Assembly (NCBI GenBank): GCA_030141605.1
Contig: JAQGDQ010000246.1
Location: 248,001-312,000, forward strand
DNA: 64,000 bases
Direction of reading: 5' to 3'
Origin: Tubiluchus corallicola
Taxonomy: Eukaryota > Animalia > Priapulida
Position numbers and translations under genes: made by a program. Shown piece by piece: positions 12,760 through 26,739 of the stretch (positions are counted from its first letter, which is position 1; every line of letters starts with the position of its first letter). The notes below the pieces were generated by a model. It did no database searches. It saw only the letters and a list, made by a program, of their open reading frames with translations, and had not been told where the DNA came from.

Positions 12760-15700
12760 TTAGGCTAAATCGGAATGTTTGATCATCTCTGCAGCTTTCT
12801 CGGCAATCATAAGTACAGCTCCCATCGGATTGCCTGAAGGGAGATCAGGCATCACAGATGCATCAGCAACTCGAAGTCCAGACACTATTTTAACCCTGTA
12901 AAACCAAAATGATGATGAAAATGATGATTTCACTTTGCAAGCGCAAAATGACTGATCTAATCTTAACCTGCCGGTCATTACATAGTAGCTAAATTAGTGA
13001 TATTTTGTTAAGCATATATACTAGCTCTCCATCTGCGCAATTTTTAATGCATTATTTTTGAGTGTTTGAGTTATAAATTAAGACATTACTCATGTTGCTC
13101 TTTCAACCAGAATAATCAGCAAAATTGTGCTTTGTGTTATCGCAGCCCCACGTTATGCTAATCTTGCTGTGACCTATAGCAACATACAGAAGCGAATCCA
13201 GTAAAAATGAGTTAGATTGGTATTATTCATCAGCAGTTTTCCAGCCGCAGAATTTGGGCGAAATTTTAAGTAGACGTTTTCGCCGTGCAACCTGCTAACT
13301 TGAAGGCGCGCATTGGGGTAGGCTATCATAATCACTCATCTCTATAATTTAATAGAACTAAAATGTTTTGGAATTCAGAAGTGTGTCATCACCATAAGTT
13401 TTCTATAGATTTGGAAGTAACTGTAACAAAAAAGTGCGTCATTGAAAGTAGTCATGAATTAAAAATTATTATTGCTCACTTCAGCGTATCATCTACCACG
13501 GTGTCTGGATCATCCACTTGTCCCATCCTACATGTGCCCACGTAATGGTAAACAGTCATAGCCATATATCTTGCAAGCATTTTGTAATATTCATCACTTC
13601 CTTTGCTCAGGTGTGAAAATGCAGAGTATGTAGGGAGAACTACTTTTGCACCAAGTGATTGAAATGCCTCTGTTTTCACGAGAACTTCGACCATTTTTAT
13701 ACCTGTAAAATAAAGATTTTAAAAACACAGGTTGACACATTAAAGCGTCAGGGTAACGGTAACAAAGCGTAAGCAGTCGTTATACGATTATGTCGAAAGG
13801 TTGCAGATGATATCTGAATAAAAACCATAACTTTTCTTAACTGGGTACTGGCTGTTATTTTTATTTTTGGATTATTTTACTATATAAAACAGCTACAGCA
13901 AACGGCCCTAATTTGACAACCTACGCGGGACTTTACGGGTAGAACTGACTGGACTGAGTTGTGTATGTTGGCAGAAGTGCATTGCTGCAAAATTCCTTAG
14001 GCCAAACCAAATTATTGCAAAGAGATGCTAAGAAGAAAATGCAGGATTTTAAGATGCAATGGACCAAACCAAACTTATTACTGTAAGTGCACTTTTCTAA
14101 GTTCCACTGGACCAGACTGGACCAAATTACTTTGAAAATATGCTTTGTTGCAAGGCGGCATGAACTGTGCTGAACTGACTCAACTGAATCACAGAGAAAC
14201 GCATCTTTCAACAAGAAACTGTTTGGCTGGATTTAACTGTTCTGTGAATACTGCACTACAGTACATTATTTAGAAACACTTTGTGCACCAAACTTATTTG
14301 CCTGGAAAAGACTGAGTTGCGATAGAAATGCACAGTTCTGAGATAAATAAAAATGGATGGGTCTCCGAGACAGACGATAAATCCTACACTTGGGACATGT
14401 TTATTTATGTATATGTACTCAAGCACACAAACACTTTAAAAATATTGCTACCTTCTACCAGAACATCAACGTCGACATCATTGTCAAGGTATCTCGGATT
14501 AATATGAGAATCGGAAAAAGAACGGTTGTTAGCTAAAGTAATGCTTCCTCTTGCACGTGGGTGCATTACTGCTGGAGCAATAAAACAGCCTTGTTGTGCC
14601 GGATCATGTTCACCTGATGCAAAACTTCGCCACGCCTGTAAAACATTTCTACTTTTATATGTAATACGAAGCTAGCTGCAGGTATCATAGTAACAAAACA
14701 ACTTTCTAATAATAATGCACGTAATAATTTGTAGATGGAACCGCAGCTACCTCTTCTTGTAAACCAGATATGACTTGATATAATCGTGAGTCAGTAGAAC
14801 CAATATTGAGGAGATACAAATAGAGGTCTGGTCGTGTGTCGTCATTCAAGCGTATTCTTCCTTCTGCTGACATGCCAACAGCTTCACTTAAGATACCTGC
14901 AAGTAAACTGACTTGAAATTTATAGGCGAAACTTCAGTTCCATATTTTCCGTAACAAAGTTAAACCTGTACAATTAATGATGGAAAATTATGAAAACTTT
15001 GTCTCTCAGTCAGTATAAAGACTACGAATGAAAATAATGAGCACATGAATTCAAAATTAATAATTTCTTAGACAGGCACCTCTCTTGAGAAAAATGTATT
15101 TCAGTATCTCTATGATGCTTTTTGCTTTTGCTTCTGTAAAACTCACACTTGAGTTGAATCTGACTCGAATGGGCAGGAAAATATGATCTTGCAGATTCCG
15201 TCCAACTGGCAAGTCTGCTACAACTGGTATCTAAGACAACAAAGAATTCAATTGAATAATTGTGATGGTCATATGACTTAGTATAACGGAATGTTAAAGA
15301 GAGAATAGAAGTAAATTAATGTCGTTTTAAGTGTAGCGGTCTTGTAGTGATTTTTCACTAGCCACATACTGACTCTTTCAATTGAAAGTATTGGGAAAAA
15401 TTAAATTGTCCCGCCAATGAATTGTAGGACTGGCAGCAAGCTCCAGACTCCGCAGCATTTGAACCCAGAGCGTCATAGACGGCAGGTATGGTATTGCGAC
15501 CTACTTTGCGCAGCCTCAAAACAATTTCTAAATGTTAGTTCCCCACATCAAAAACAATCAATATGGCGACTATTAACAATTAAGAATTTGGGGGAAATGA
15601 AACACATAAATGTACATACTTGCATACTATGGAGGTCCAGTCGTGGCCCAATTCCAGATCTCATCAATAGCAGAGGTGAATTTACAGCTCCAGCAGATAA

Positions 15701-18700
15701 AATCACTTCTCGAACAGCACGGATTGTCATTTTTATTCCTAGTTCAGTCTCCATCTCTACGCCTGTAGTTCGATTCTTTGCCAGTTTAATCTATCAGGAA
15801 AATAAATTATATAGGCCTACATTGCGGTATTATTTGGATGAATGTGGAAACAGTTTCCTCTTTCAGGTAGTCTAGTGATGCTCCGCAAAGCAGAATGACA
15901 ATTATTGCATGAAATTTTGTGACGGTCGTGTTACTTTTTAGAAGTTCACTAACTATTGTATGACTACAATGACAATCCTTAGGAATCTGATGTTAGCTGT
16001 GTACTCAATTGTGTAATTAATGTAACATGGCTTTCAATCTTAATAGTTAGTACGCATTTAAAAAACAGATATTAATAGGCCTAATGATACCAAGTAAGCA
16101 CCTTAGTGACATAAGTGTTGATAAGCACGTGTAAATTAGGCCTGTCCATCGCAGAGTATAGGTAACCATAAGCCGCGTGCCATCTTGTCCCTCCTTTAGA
16201 TGCAGTAACCATCTGTACAAATGACTCCGTGTCATCTTCCTTCACCAATCGTCTCTGAAGCATTTGTTTTCCGGCTTTAATAAAAGTGTCTGTAAGTTCT
16301 TGAAAATATACAGAACTCGCTGGTGTGGTTGCTTGATTGAGGACTTCTTCGACTTTTCTGAAGTATGGTTCCACGTCCTTAAAGCTCCAACCAGTCGCAC
16401 CTTTTGAAGCCCAGGCGTCATAATCGGCTGGCAGACCTCTAGTATAGAGCATGTAATTTGTAGCCGATGTACCTCCTAGAAGCTTTCCAGCCGGCCATAA
16501 GATTTGCTACAAACAAATCACACAATTTTCAGCAAAGTTTATTGGTGATGGTACTGATTCGTTAGATATATTAACCGTTTGTTTGAAGAACTGCAGTAAC
16601 ACAATTGTCTAACTCTTGTGGAGCGCACTTAATTCTTGGTGTTGGGTATTTCGCGTCTGCTTTAAGCACTCCTCTGTGTATTCCTTAATTTATCCAGAGA
16701 ATATAATATCTGCTACAGGATTCTCTTACCATTTCTCTCGTGTGCCCCCTTCTCCCTCCTTGCCGGATGCGACAATATATATATTACATAACATTTTTTA
16801 TAATCAGCATAAAGCGCTTTCAGAACGAATACTGGCTGGGTTTTACAAGTGCATCACAAGTACATTCTGACAATATTATGGACAATTAATATATAAAAAA
16901 CAATACTCGTTTTTAGTTGTCGCAGGTGGAGCACAGATCAGTGGCATAGCTAAGAGTGCAGAAGGGCAATTCACCCCGGGTGGCACTTTTCAGAGCGCGG
17001 AACTCTCATCAAAGTGCACTGAAAAAGTTGATTCTGTCAAAACAGTAAAAAGTAAAATGCAAAACATCTGACAATTTAATTTTTCATGAAAACACAATTT
17101 ACAGCGCCTCCTGCAGATTGCGACAAAGGAAGACGATAATTAGTAATTCAATACGGTTGCAATATTTGTAATATAGTTTGTTTTTGTTTTCAAACTTTCT
17201 GCTTTGCATATGTTAACTGTGAAATACACTTACAATCACGCTTTTCCTGCGTTAAAATTTGAAGAAACCTTTAAACATCGTAACTTTAGAAACATGCAGG
17301 GTGAATTCGTTTCATAATTTTTTTCAGCATTACCTTCTCATCTGATCAATTTGTCTCTGTAACTTATCGCTATTGCGTGGCAACTCTTCTGAATTTTACA
17401 AATCTGAAAGTTTCCTACATAATTAAAGATTTTTATGGGGAGAGGGCGCCACAAGTTCTATTTACGCCACTGACATAGTCGGTCTTGAAGCTTGGCTTGA
17501 CAGATCAGTATGTACGTGAAAAATGCAACTAAAATAATCAAAAAATAAAGAATAGAAGCAACAGAAAAACTACCCGAAAATCTGTGACACGGAATTGAAG
17601 GTTGATGAAGGTGAAAAAAAAGCAAGTGAAGATGTTTATCAGAGGACTAGGGCTGTGTCTGTGGAAAGAACTATGAAAGGCGATTTAGTTAAAATACAAC
17701 CGTCAAACTTTTTTATGACAGTTATTATCTGTCATACAACCATTTTGGTAAATGTTAGTTAGCGAGATGAAGCAATATTTACCGAATAAACCATCGCAAC
17801 TACTGAGATGGTTTTAAAGCTAAGGAGCTCTCAATATACTCAATATTGATTTTGTTTAGGACACAGCTGACAAGTTTTATTTATGCCCCCCCCCCCCAAC
17901 TAACTTGCAAACACTTACCATCTAGCTACGCCTACAGAGAAAGTAGTCTGCTTTCTGTTGCGCATTAAAGTTTGTATACTTTTTCATTGCATGTAAATTG
18001 TACTCAACTTTACCTTTTTATTGCCCTTTGGGAGTTATTTGTTTTATTTGGTTTGACGTAACGCTTATTTCTAATTAATGCTGCTGAAAACAGCTGGAAA
18101 AGCAGCATGCTAAGCATAATCACAGTTTTCAGCTTATGTATTTGATTGTGTCATTATCTAAACAAAATACTTACATTGAGTGGTAAGTGGCAACTGACCT
18201 TAAAACAGGAAACTAATTCTCGTTTATTATTCATCTTGGTCAGTGTGCACTTTTTTTACTTTCTTTGAGTTTTGCCTTGCAATTTTTATTTATTGTATTA
18301 TTTATTTTAAACTGTTCTTGTCTTGCCTTTCATAATTTTTTATATGAAAATGCAGCAGATGCAGGTAGGTAGGAATTAATGTAACATGAAGCAGCTTATT
18401 CTCACAGCATGCGTGTGCCTTGTTTTAATTTAATATATTTTATGTCAATATAAAGTGAATTACAATTTAGGTGCTATAATTGACATCGATTACTCAGCTA
18501 CCTGGGCGCAGGTGCTCACGTATGTAATAAAAGTTAATTAACAGTTATTAGATTTAGATTATTATTATTATATACAATACCAATGTGTACATGTACATAC
18601 AGAACAATATGTAACATACAAGTTTATAAACCATCAGCACATGAAGACACATCAGTCAACACTATAAGAAAACTTGTGTAGTGCTAACTTTATAAATGAC

Positions 18701-21700
18701 ATGAATGAACACACAAAAAAAGATAATTTAAAGAAAAAAATGGTGATGAAAACACAAAAATGAGAAATTGGATGAAAGTTATTGATGAGGATAATATGTG
18801 CATAATTTTCAAAATTCAGATGCTATCAAAGTGTGATTAGCATGCGAAAGCTAACATCTCAAGATTAAAAGAAGAAAAAACACAGACATGCAGGGCAGGT
18901 AACGATTGTCTGAACATACCCTCAAACTTACAACTCTTACACACTCTTACATTCTTTCACTTACTTACATATTCACATACAATGCAATCAATTCTTTCAT
19001 GCACACACATATTGGCTACAAACACATTACAAATGAATAACACACACACAAAACTTCATACACAAACACTTAATCATACACCCACACACAATCTTATCAG
19101 TCACTATGTCATGCACACAATCATATTTATTATTTTAATTATGTGAGTATGTAGTAAAGATATATTTCTTCAATTTTTTTGAAAGATGTGAATCGAGTTA
19201 GCAAGTTTTGAGCTATTGAGTAACAAATTCCGAGTTCTAGGTCCAGTATTAGAAATGAATTGTCTTCCAACATCGGTTCTTAGTTGAATAAAACTATATT
19301 GATTAAATCGAGTATTATATACTTTATTGTTTATTTTAACAGGATTGCCAATAAACTTGGGAAAAAGTTGGAAGTAAGTTTTAAACATAAAAACTGAAAC
19401 CTTATAATATACGAAATCATCAAATTTTAAAATTTTGCAGTTTAAAAAGTGGGAGTTGTGAATTTTTGCACGTTTAGGGAGATTATATACAATTCGGATA
19501 AATTTTCTTTGCAGATTTCTAAGATTCATTATAGTAGTTGGGTAAGTTGAACCCCAAATGATAAGTGAATAACTTAAAAAAGAAGATATTAGTGAACTAT
19601 ATAGTGTAACTAACAAGGTAGCAAGACTTTGTCTAATATGGGAAATTATTCCAATATTTTTTGCAATTTTCGTGCATTCCAGCTCAAATTTTCATTAATT
19701 ATCATTCCAAGAAACTTAATTTGGGAAACACGCTCAGCGTAAGTATTATCAATTATAAGCTGAATATTTGTTGGAAGAGGTTTATTTCTATATCGAAGAA
19801 AGACAAATTTAGTTTTGTTGGGATTAATTTTGGCAAACATTACTACTTTAATATATATCGAGCATAGTCCTACAACTTGCCAGGTTACACACACATATTC
19901 AAAACAATAATTTTAACAGGCAAAATTAAAGACCCCAGTAATTCTAAATTAGGTGAACTACGTTTTATGTATAGGCAGATCATACTGTTAATTAAGTAAC
20001 AGACGACAAAATACGTTAATTCAAATTTTGCCAAATAAAGTTTAATTTACATCAAAACATTATGACAGTTAAAAATGCAAAAGAGAAAAAACAAGCAAGT
20101 GAAAGCCACGTTAAGCTTAAATGATGGACAGAGGTTGCCATATATTATGATAAATAAATAAATAAATCAATAAATGAATAAATAAATAAATAAATTAATT
20201 AATTAATAAATTTTCTATTAATATAAAAAAGCCAAAATACTGCATACTACCTTTATATCTTGTTTACACTAACCATGACTTATTCTAACTTACTCTAGTT
20301 TAGTGTATAATTATATTAAACAAACTTCATTAAAACACGATGCTCTTGAAGTGCTGTTTTACCTTATTTATAAATCCCCGTGCAGCAAAATCTTGACTAG
20401 TTGTATGAAATTTCCAATTGAGATCAGGTAACAGCTGTAAGATGGGAGTAGTGCTGGGAATTCCAATAAGCCAACGCAATAGGAAGCTGTCAAGGTCACT
20501 CCCACCAGCTTCTACCAGCAATACCGAGACATTGGTGTTTTCTGATAAGCGAGATGCCAAAACACAACCGGCTGTGCCAGCACCGACTAAAACAGTAGTA
20601 AATCAAAATAAACATTGATGCAGAACAGCATACGCACAGCTCACATTGTGTACATGTATTTGAAACAAACTTGCTGCTTGATAACTAAGCGTTAGTCAAT
20701 TAGCAGTATTCCCAAATAAAGTCACTTGGACACAGATCAGTTACTTGAACTTTCCTAGTTCGACGTTCTTGAGTTTATTCTAAGATTCAGCTATCACCAG
20801 TCACACATTTTATAAGTTCACCTGTTTCAGTTCAGCGGTACAGAGTCACATAAAAAGTTGAGAGAAAAGAGGGACAAACTTTACAAAATTTAATGGAATT
20901 TTCCAACATTTCCGAACACGGATTCCACAGTTTTCAGTTTTCAAAGATCCAGTCATAACAGTAGCAAAACAGATAACTAATAAGCGTAACTGACTCAAGT
21001 ACGACTTATCTACGCAATCAACGAAATAAAATTTTGCTTAAAAATATAAAATAAACATATAAAACATTGGTAAATAAATACCACACTTACGTTCTTTGTA
21101 ATAGTAATATCACGTTATTCAAATGTGCTACACCTGATAATCAAATGGGCGACGAGGACTCATACCAGCAGTTAATAACAAATTCGTGGCAAAGTACTAA
21201 AAATAGGTGCAGTCCTCACGCTAGTATTATTGCAAGTCCCCGTCAACTTGCTCTATGTCTTTCTGGCAAACTCAGAAATTTTAAGCTGTTAAGTAATAAG
21301 AATCAAGTTGATAGCCACTTTTGCAAAAACGTGTAATATCAATCTTACCTATTATGTAGTCATAATGGGGTAACACTTGGTTTGCCTCAATTTTGGCTCT
21401 AAACCCCGTTCTTCTATACTGCAATGCTATAAATACAGCTGCAAAGAAAACAAATGACTGAGATGAGGTTAACGTGATAAGAAGTCTATAAAAAAAATTT
21501 GCTCTACTTTGCTAACTTGACAAATAAGTTAAAAGAAGCAGCTTGGAAACTACGGTACTAATGGCTGTGTTCCATGTGCAAATCATTATATATAGCGAAG
21601 ATGTGAAGATTTTTTTCAGTAATATTGGATTACTTGATCCGGAATGACCCAATAGATTTCACTCTTGCGTTTAAAAAATAATATAATATCATATACATAT

Positions 21701-21968
21701 ATAATCGCTTTCCTGAATAATATGACTGCGTTAAAAATTACTGTACAAGGTGTGACTCTTTGATCTTCTAGATTTTTCTCATATAGCAATAAATCAATTT
21801 TTACATATTTACATGTTTTCCTACTTACTATATGGCGTGATAAAATGAAGTAAGACTTTGATTGTGTCTAAACAGTCTAATTGCAAGGGGTTATGAACGG
21901 TTATAAGGTTTACGCTGATACTTACCAAAAACGCAAAGTGAAATGCTCACCACACGACTAAGCCACAT
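12760..21968 (-). CDS. GMC (glucose-methanol-choline) FAD oxidoreductase, glucose dehydrogenase-like, 590 aa; exons 21968-21926, 21438-21349, 20586-20363, 16506-16102, 15790-15620, 15230-15080, 14896-14751, 14635-14452, 13702-13480, 12895-12760
   Basis: Phase-consistent GT-AG chain (1773 nt). Hydrophobic N-terminus. [21 protein letters not shown] (FAD GxGxxG), [60 protein letters not shown] (catalytic His), [14 protein letters not shown] (catalytic Asn). Confidence 0.94.
16939..17472. mobile_element. Non-autonomous DNA transposon (hAT-like MITE) in GMC intron 3
   Basis: Terminal inverted repeats CAGTGGCATA ... TACGCCACTG; no coding capacity; no clean TSD. Confidence 0.6.
18550..19900 (-). 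mobile_element. 5'-truncated non-LTR retrotransposon (L2/CR1-group) remnant
   Basis: RT C-terminal peptides [22 protein letters not shown] and [19 protein letters not shown], interrupted by frameshifts; long T-rich 3' UTR ending in a short (TAA)n tail near 18550. Confidence 0.85.
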
Positions 21969-22771
21969 GGTTCACTGCAGAAAAAATAGCCTACAGACCT
22001 TGCTAAGCGTTCAAGATATTATAAGCCCTACGTACGCAGGCAGTTAATCGCGGAAGATTGTGCGCAATAGTATTAACTTACACAAGCAGTTCAACAGCAT
22101 CATTTTCAAATGCTGCTAGTTTCGCAGCTTCACATTACACATTTCGGACTTTTTATTTCTCCTTTCCGTTGTTTGAAAGTCGCATAAATGCTTGTACGGT
22201 TAATCTGAATTTCTCATCATAATAATCGCAGATTAACGTTTAAATGTCGTACATGTCTAGACATAACAATTGTTTTTGTAAGCTCCACAAATTATGCTTT
22301 CAATGCATTGATGTATCAAGTCAGCCGCAGCGCGCTAAATGGTCAATATGTACTAGACGGCAATATTCATTTTCAAATGGTGATGCATAAAATGCTTCAC
22401 AGAGAGAAGAAAACGTGATAAAAGCCGCTAACAGCAATGCAAATAAATTTAAGGCTAGACTAGTAAAAACTACATTATCATCCTACAACTATAATTAAAA
22501 GTTACCTAATTAGGAAATGATATGCCTACAACATCGCGAAGATATGTTATGTCCTATTAAATATTATTTCTATCGGGAGCCCGTTTATGTTTTTACATAA
22601 AAACTAATCCTTGCGTACTGCGTACCCAAACCTTACATGAAGATTATCAAAATAAAAAGTATTTTATAGCTAATTAGCTGAAATACACGGCTTCGGTGAA
22701 ATGCCATGCCTGGTTTGATATGATCTATCACGCAAAAACAGTATGTATAAAAATTATCTACTATAATTATT

Positions 22772-25220
22772 TGTGTAATGCCCGGTCCGTGGGGCCGTGG
22801 CACATGCAGGAGTTCATTGCCGCAGAGTGACTCTCCAAAAGTATAGACTACAAAAGAATCATACGTGGGTCATTAAATGGACACTTATAGTATTGTAATA
22901 TACTACATAGACACGTCAATTAAGCAATTACTGATGGTGTGCCAAATAGATACGTTTTTAACAAATGTTTGCGATAAACGGAAGTCAAGTACAAAAAAGC
23001 AAACGTCCCAACAATATAACAGGGACATTAAAATAATGATAATAACAACAGAAAATCTCAGTAGCTACTACTATAATTGGAAGTTCGTCATTAACTCACT
23101 GAGGTGTTTGAAATTTCATGTATGAGTCAGTGGAATATAATTTATTTCAATGGAAAGCATAATTGAAAGATTAGATGATAGATTGAGAATGACAAATTCA
23201 GAAAGATAAAGATGAATCGAAATTATCGACATTACTGGTTTATAATCTATATGTAAATCGTCATACACTACTTAACTGGAGCGCACCCCTATACGTAATA
23301 CTGGAAGTCTTCCAATTTGGAGCACAGATGTATGATCGCACTCTTGAACGCCTAATTACAAAGCGATCTACTGATATACATTGCAAAGCGAAGTCTTTTG
23401 AATTCGATATTCTATAAATGGAAGCATCTTCTTTGCTGTCTCCTGTCATGATAGTAGCTTCAATTACATGAGGCAGTGGTGTTTTCGCGATCAACCTTGC
23501 GCAACAAATAAAATATCTAGGAGTATTAATAGATCACATTCATTCATGGAAAGCACATATACACATTATATTGTTAATAAAACCAGTGAAATTATAGGCA
23601 TATTTTCAAAAATTAGGCAATTCCTGAATCAAAGAAACTTCTATATTTTTCCTTATTCTCACCGTATTTAGAATACAGCATACTTACCTATGGCTCAGCT
23701 CCGCATTCCACATTGTACCCCTAATTAGTAATCAAAATGAATTTATTAAGCTTAGGACAAATCGAAATAGAAGAGCCTATGTTACACCTTTATACCACCA
23801 ACATAAAATCTTAAAACTTAACTATAATTATATTGTCATAGTACATCTTATCTTGAAAATGTATATTATTAGTATTTCTTAGCAGCTATGAAAAGAATAG
23901 GTAAGACGCAATACAATAGGCCGAGTTATAATTACAATGTTCTTTTTAAATGAGTTTAGCAGCTACAACACTTCCTTTTCACTATAAAAAATATATTTTG
24001 CCTGCTACACTTTTATTTTTGCTTGCATGTTATGTTTTTCTCACTACATATATTCATTTTGCCATATTATTTTGCTCATCGTTTCAAAGTTATCACTAAG
24101 TTTTATTAAATTTTTCATTGAGTCATATTGTCTATTTATGTGCATACTCATATTTCATTGCATATTTTATTCATTCCATTTCTGCTTCTCTATATTAGTT
24201 CTCTTGTTTCATAGTTCATTTGGTATTTTGCTTGACAGACATAATTTGACTGAATACTATTGCATATTTTCGTTTCATTATATCACGCGTATTTTGTTTC
24301 CTTTACTGATTTTTTATTTATACTTTATTTTCTTCTTTTGGTTTGACTTGATTTTATAGTTTGTTTATGCTTTAATCGGCTAGTTACATGCTTTACATAT
24401 TTAGTTGATCATTATTACATATTTTTCATTTTGTCATAATGTTTCCTTGTCGCATAGTCTAATTAGTTACTTCGCTTTCAAGTTTAATTTCTTCCCCTCA
24501 GATTTACGCTAACTGTTGATTTTCTTATCCTACTTAGCAGCGCCACAAATTTTTTTTTACAATTAACACTAACCTGAGAAGGGTGGCTGACTTGCTGATC
24601 AATTCGTCTTTCGCTAGCTTTTCTCCTGTTTCTCCTGCACCCCCACCCCAACTCTTTCCTTTATGCATAATTTATTCTGATTAACTATTAATTGTAGCAA
24701 TTATAGCCTATTTGTATTCTGGTGTAAATGAGGAAATAAATAAAAAATGTCTATGTCTATGTCTTGTGCCATTACATAGTTTGGGGCGTCAAAGTTATGC
24801 AATAACACCATAGGGTATCCAACTTTTAATGAGAATTAGAATGGGGTGGCATATCTGATAAGACAGGAGTGGGGCAGCTCATTCAGACAACCACTGCGTA
24901 TTCTTGTAGCAGTTTATTGCCAAGTTGTGCTAAACATTAGTTTTCTACTCAGCGAAAGATGAAACTATTTTATCACACTTAGGGAGAATAGATATTAAAC
25001 CATCAGTGTTCTGTAATTCATCTTTGCCAATTTTGAGAAGTAATTTTAAAAAACTTGCACTATTTTTATCACCATGGAGCTGGACTCTCATATTTGTTGC
25101 AGAAGAGATGAGTATACATGTCTCCAAAGATACGTCGATTTTAGGCAATAGTTTAGTTGATCTGTAAGTGTTCCGCGGACAGCAAGTGTTCATGTTGATA
25201 ATGTGGCTCCTGTCTATCAA
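22772..25220 (-). mobile_element. Decayed Helitron (RepHel PIF1-type helicase remnant), interrupted by a LINE
   Basis: Peptides TNMRVQLHGD..ASFLKLLLKIG (about 25030-25100), PPH..KVGYPMVLLHN..LCNGTR (24765-24850) and LIAKTPLPHVIEATIMTG (23440-23495). A GC hairpin at 22781-22800 is a possible 3' terminus. Boundaries are approximate. Confidence 0.85.
23503..24763 (+). mobile_element. 5'-truncated non-LTR retrotransposon (L2/CR1-group) nested in the Helitron
   Basis: QIKYLGVLID..SWKAHI, KTSEIIGIFSKIRQFL, PYLEYSILTYGS; T-rich 3' UTR; AATAAA followed by a (TGTCTA)n tail at 24748-24763. Confidence 0.85.
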
Positions 25221-26739
25221 GAAGTTTACTTACATTTTTTGGTCATTGAAGATTACATCTCAGAGTTATGAAAAGCTACGGATTATATCGGTCCACCTCT
25301 TGTGCACCTGTAAAAAGGACTAAAAAGTAAAGTATCTCATAAGCGGCAGAAAGGAATTATAATTTAAATCCTGGTCGGAAAGTAAATTTTGGGATAAAGC
25401 CATCATTTAAATCGGCGCTTTTTTAAATCATTATTTTTTAATGATGACCAATTTCTTAATGGATAATGCCAATTTCTTAATTAATTGATGACAATTTGCA
25501 ATCACAACGATGGTTGCTTAAAAACTGGTGGATTCTATTTTGTGAATATTACAAAAAGCTTTACCAAAACAGTTCTGCCATGATTTTTTTGTAAAATTTA
25601 TAGTACATGTATTTAGTAACACTACTGGCTACTAGCTAGTGTTTCTGCGAAAATACCACGCATCAGGAAACTTAAACAGAGAATAACCAAAACAAATCTG
25701 AATTTGACAGAGCAGCAGCGGGTAGCAACACTATAAAAGAAAAAAATGATAAATGATAAAAACCCGACTTTTATTTAATAGAAAACATGAAAATCTTATT
25801 TTTTATTGTTTCATCATAACTTTTCCAGCCTCATCATTCAAATCAAGATAGGATGTCTGATGCCAAGAACCGAAGAAATGACTTGCATCAGAATGTTTCC
25901 CTCTTACTAGGTTTCCCTTTATTAGTAGAAAAAGTTTTATTCCTACCTGACCTTTTCAAGGAGTACAAGAAAAGGACATTATGATAATTTTTAGCTGCCG
26001 TTTACGTGTTGGACACATGGCAGATTAGACAAACGCATTAAGTCTTGGGAATAAGTCTAGAGTGCATTCTGTAAATAATCACTAAATAGGCCTTTACTCA
26101 ATTACATAAGGTATTTAGATGTTTGCAGTAACAGTTTTAGTTATTGATAGAGAATGTTTATTAGTTGGCATATTGTAAGCTTGGATCCAGCATCCATGGA
26201 ATATAAATGGTTGTGTCAAGACCGGAAATTATCTCATTTTTAACATAAACCCTTTGTGTACTGAACTGTACGTTAAGATGAAGACTTAACCGGCACCAGC
26301 GTTTTCTCCCTCACAGTCTTCAAAGTAAGTACAAAATAAATATTTAAAAGAAAGCAGCTGCACGTGTAGATGATTCTTTCGTCATGTAATGCTATAATAC
26401 TGAATTAAGACAGTCATATAACCACGTATAATCTATTGATGACTAGTAATTTGCACCTGCTACACACCCGGCAAACAATGTAGGGATTAACGGGCAGAAA
26501 ATGTACATAAGTATACTGTAGCCTTTATAGAGGTTAGTTCGCATTATAAGCAAGATATTTCTGTAAACCAGTTGAAGACAAAGCTAAAAACGAGGTGGTT
26601 GTTTAATTGAAAAACAATCTTGGCTTCAGTGAAGCTGGCGTAGACGTATAATATAATTCCATTGTTCAGATATTTTAAATTGCAAAACAAAAGAAAAATT
26701 CTGAAAACCACATCAACGTGCAAGCAGGCGTATAGGGAC

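Noticed and set aside
13116-13235. Possible intronic C/D snoRNA (TGATGA...CTGA on the minus strand)
   Set aside because: No terminal stem or recognisable rRNA antisense element.
4675-21985. Splice acceptors right before the ATGs of GH16 (4680) and GMC (21975), suggesting spliced-leader trans-splicing or operons
   Set aside because: Plausible upstream cis donors exist (3779 on the + strand, 22081 on the - strand), so ordinary 5' UTR introns suffice.
24027-24359. 110-aa hydrophobic ORF
   Set aside because: It is the T-rich 3' UTR of a LINE, so a composition artefact.
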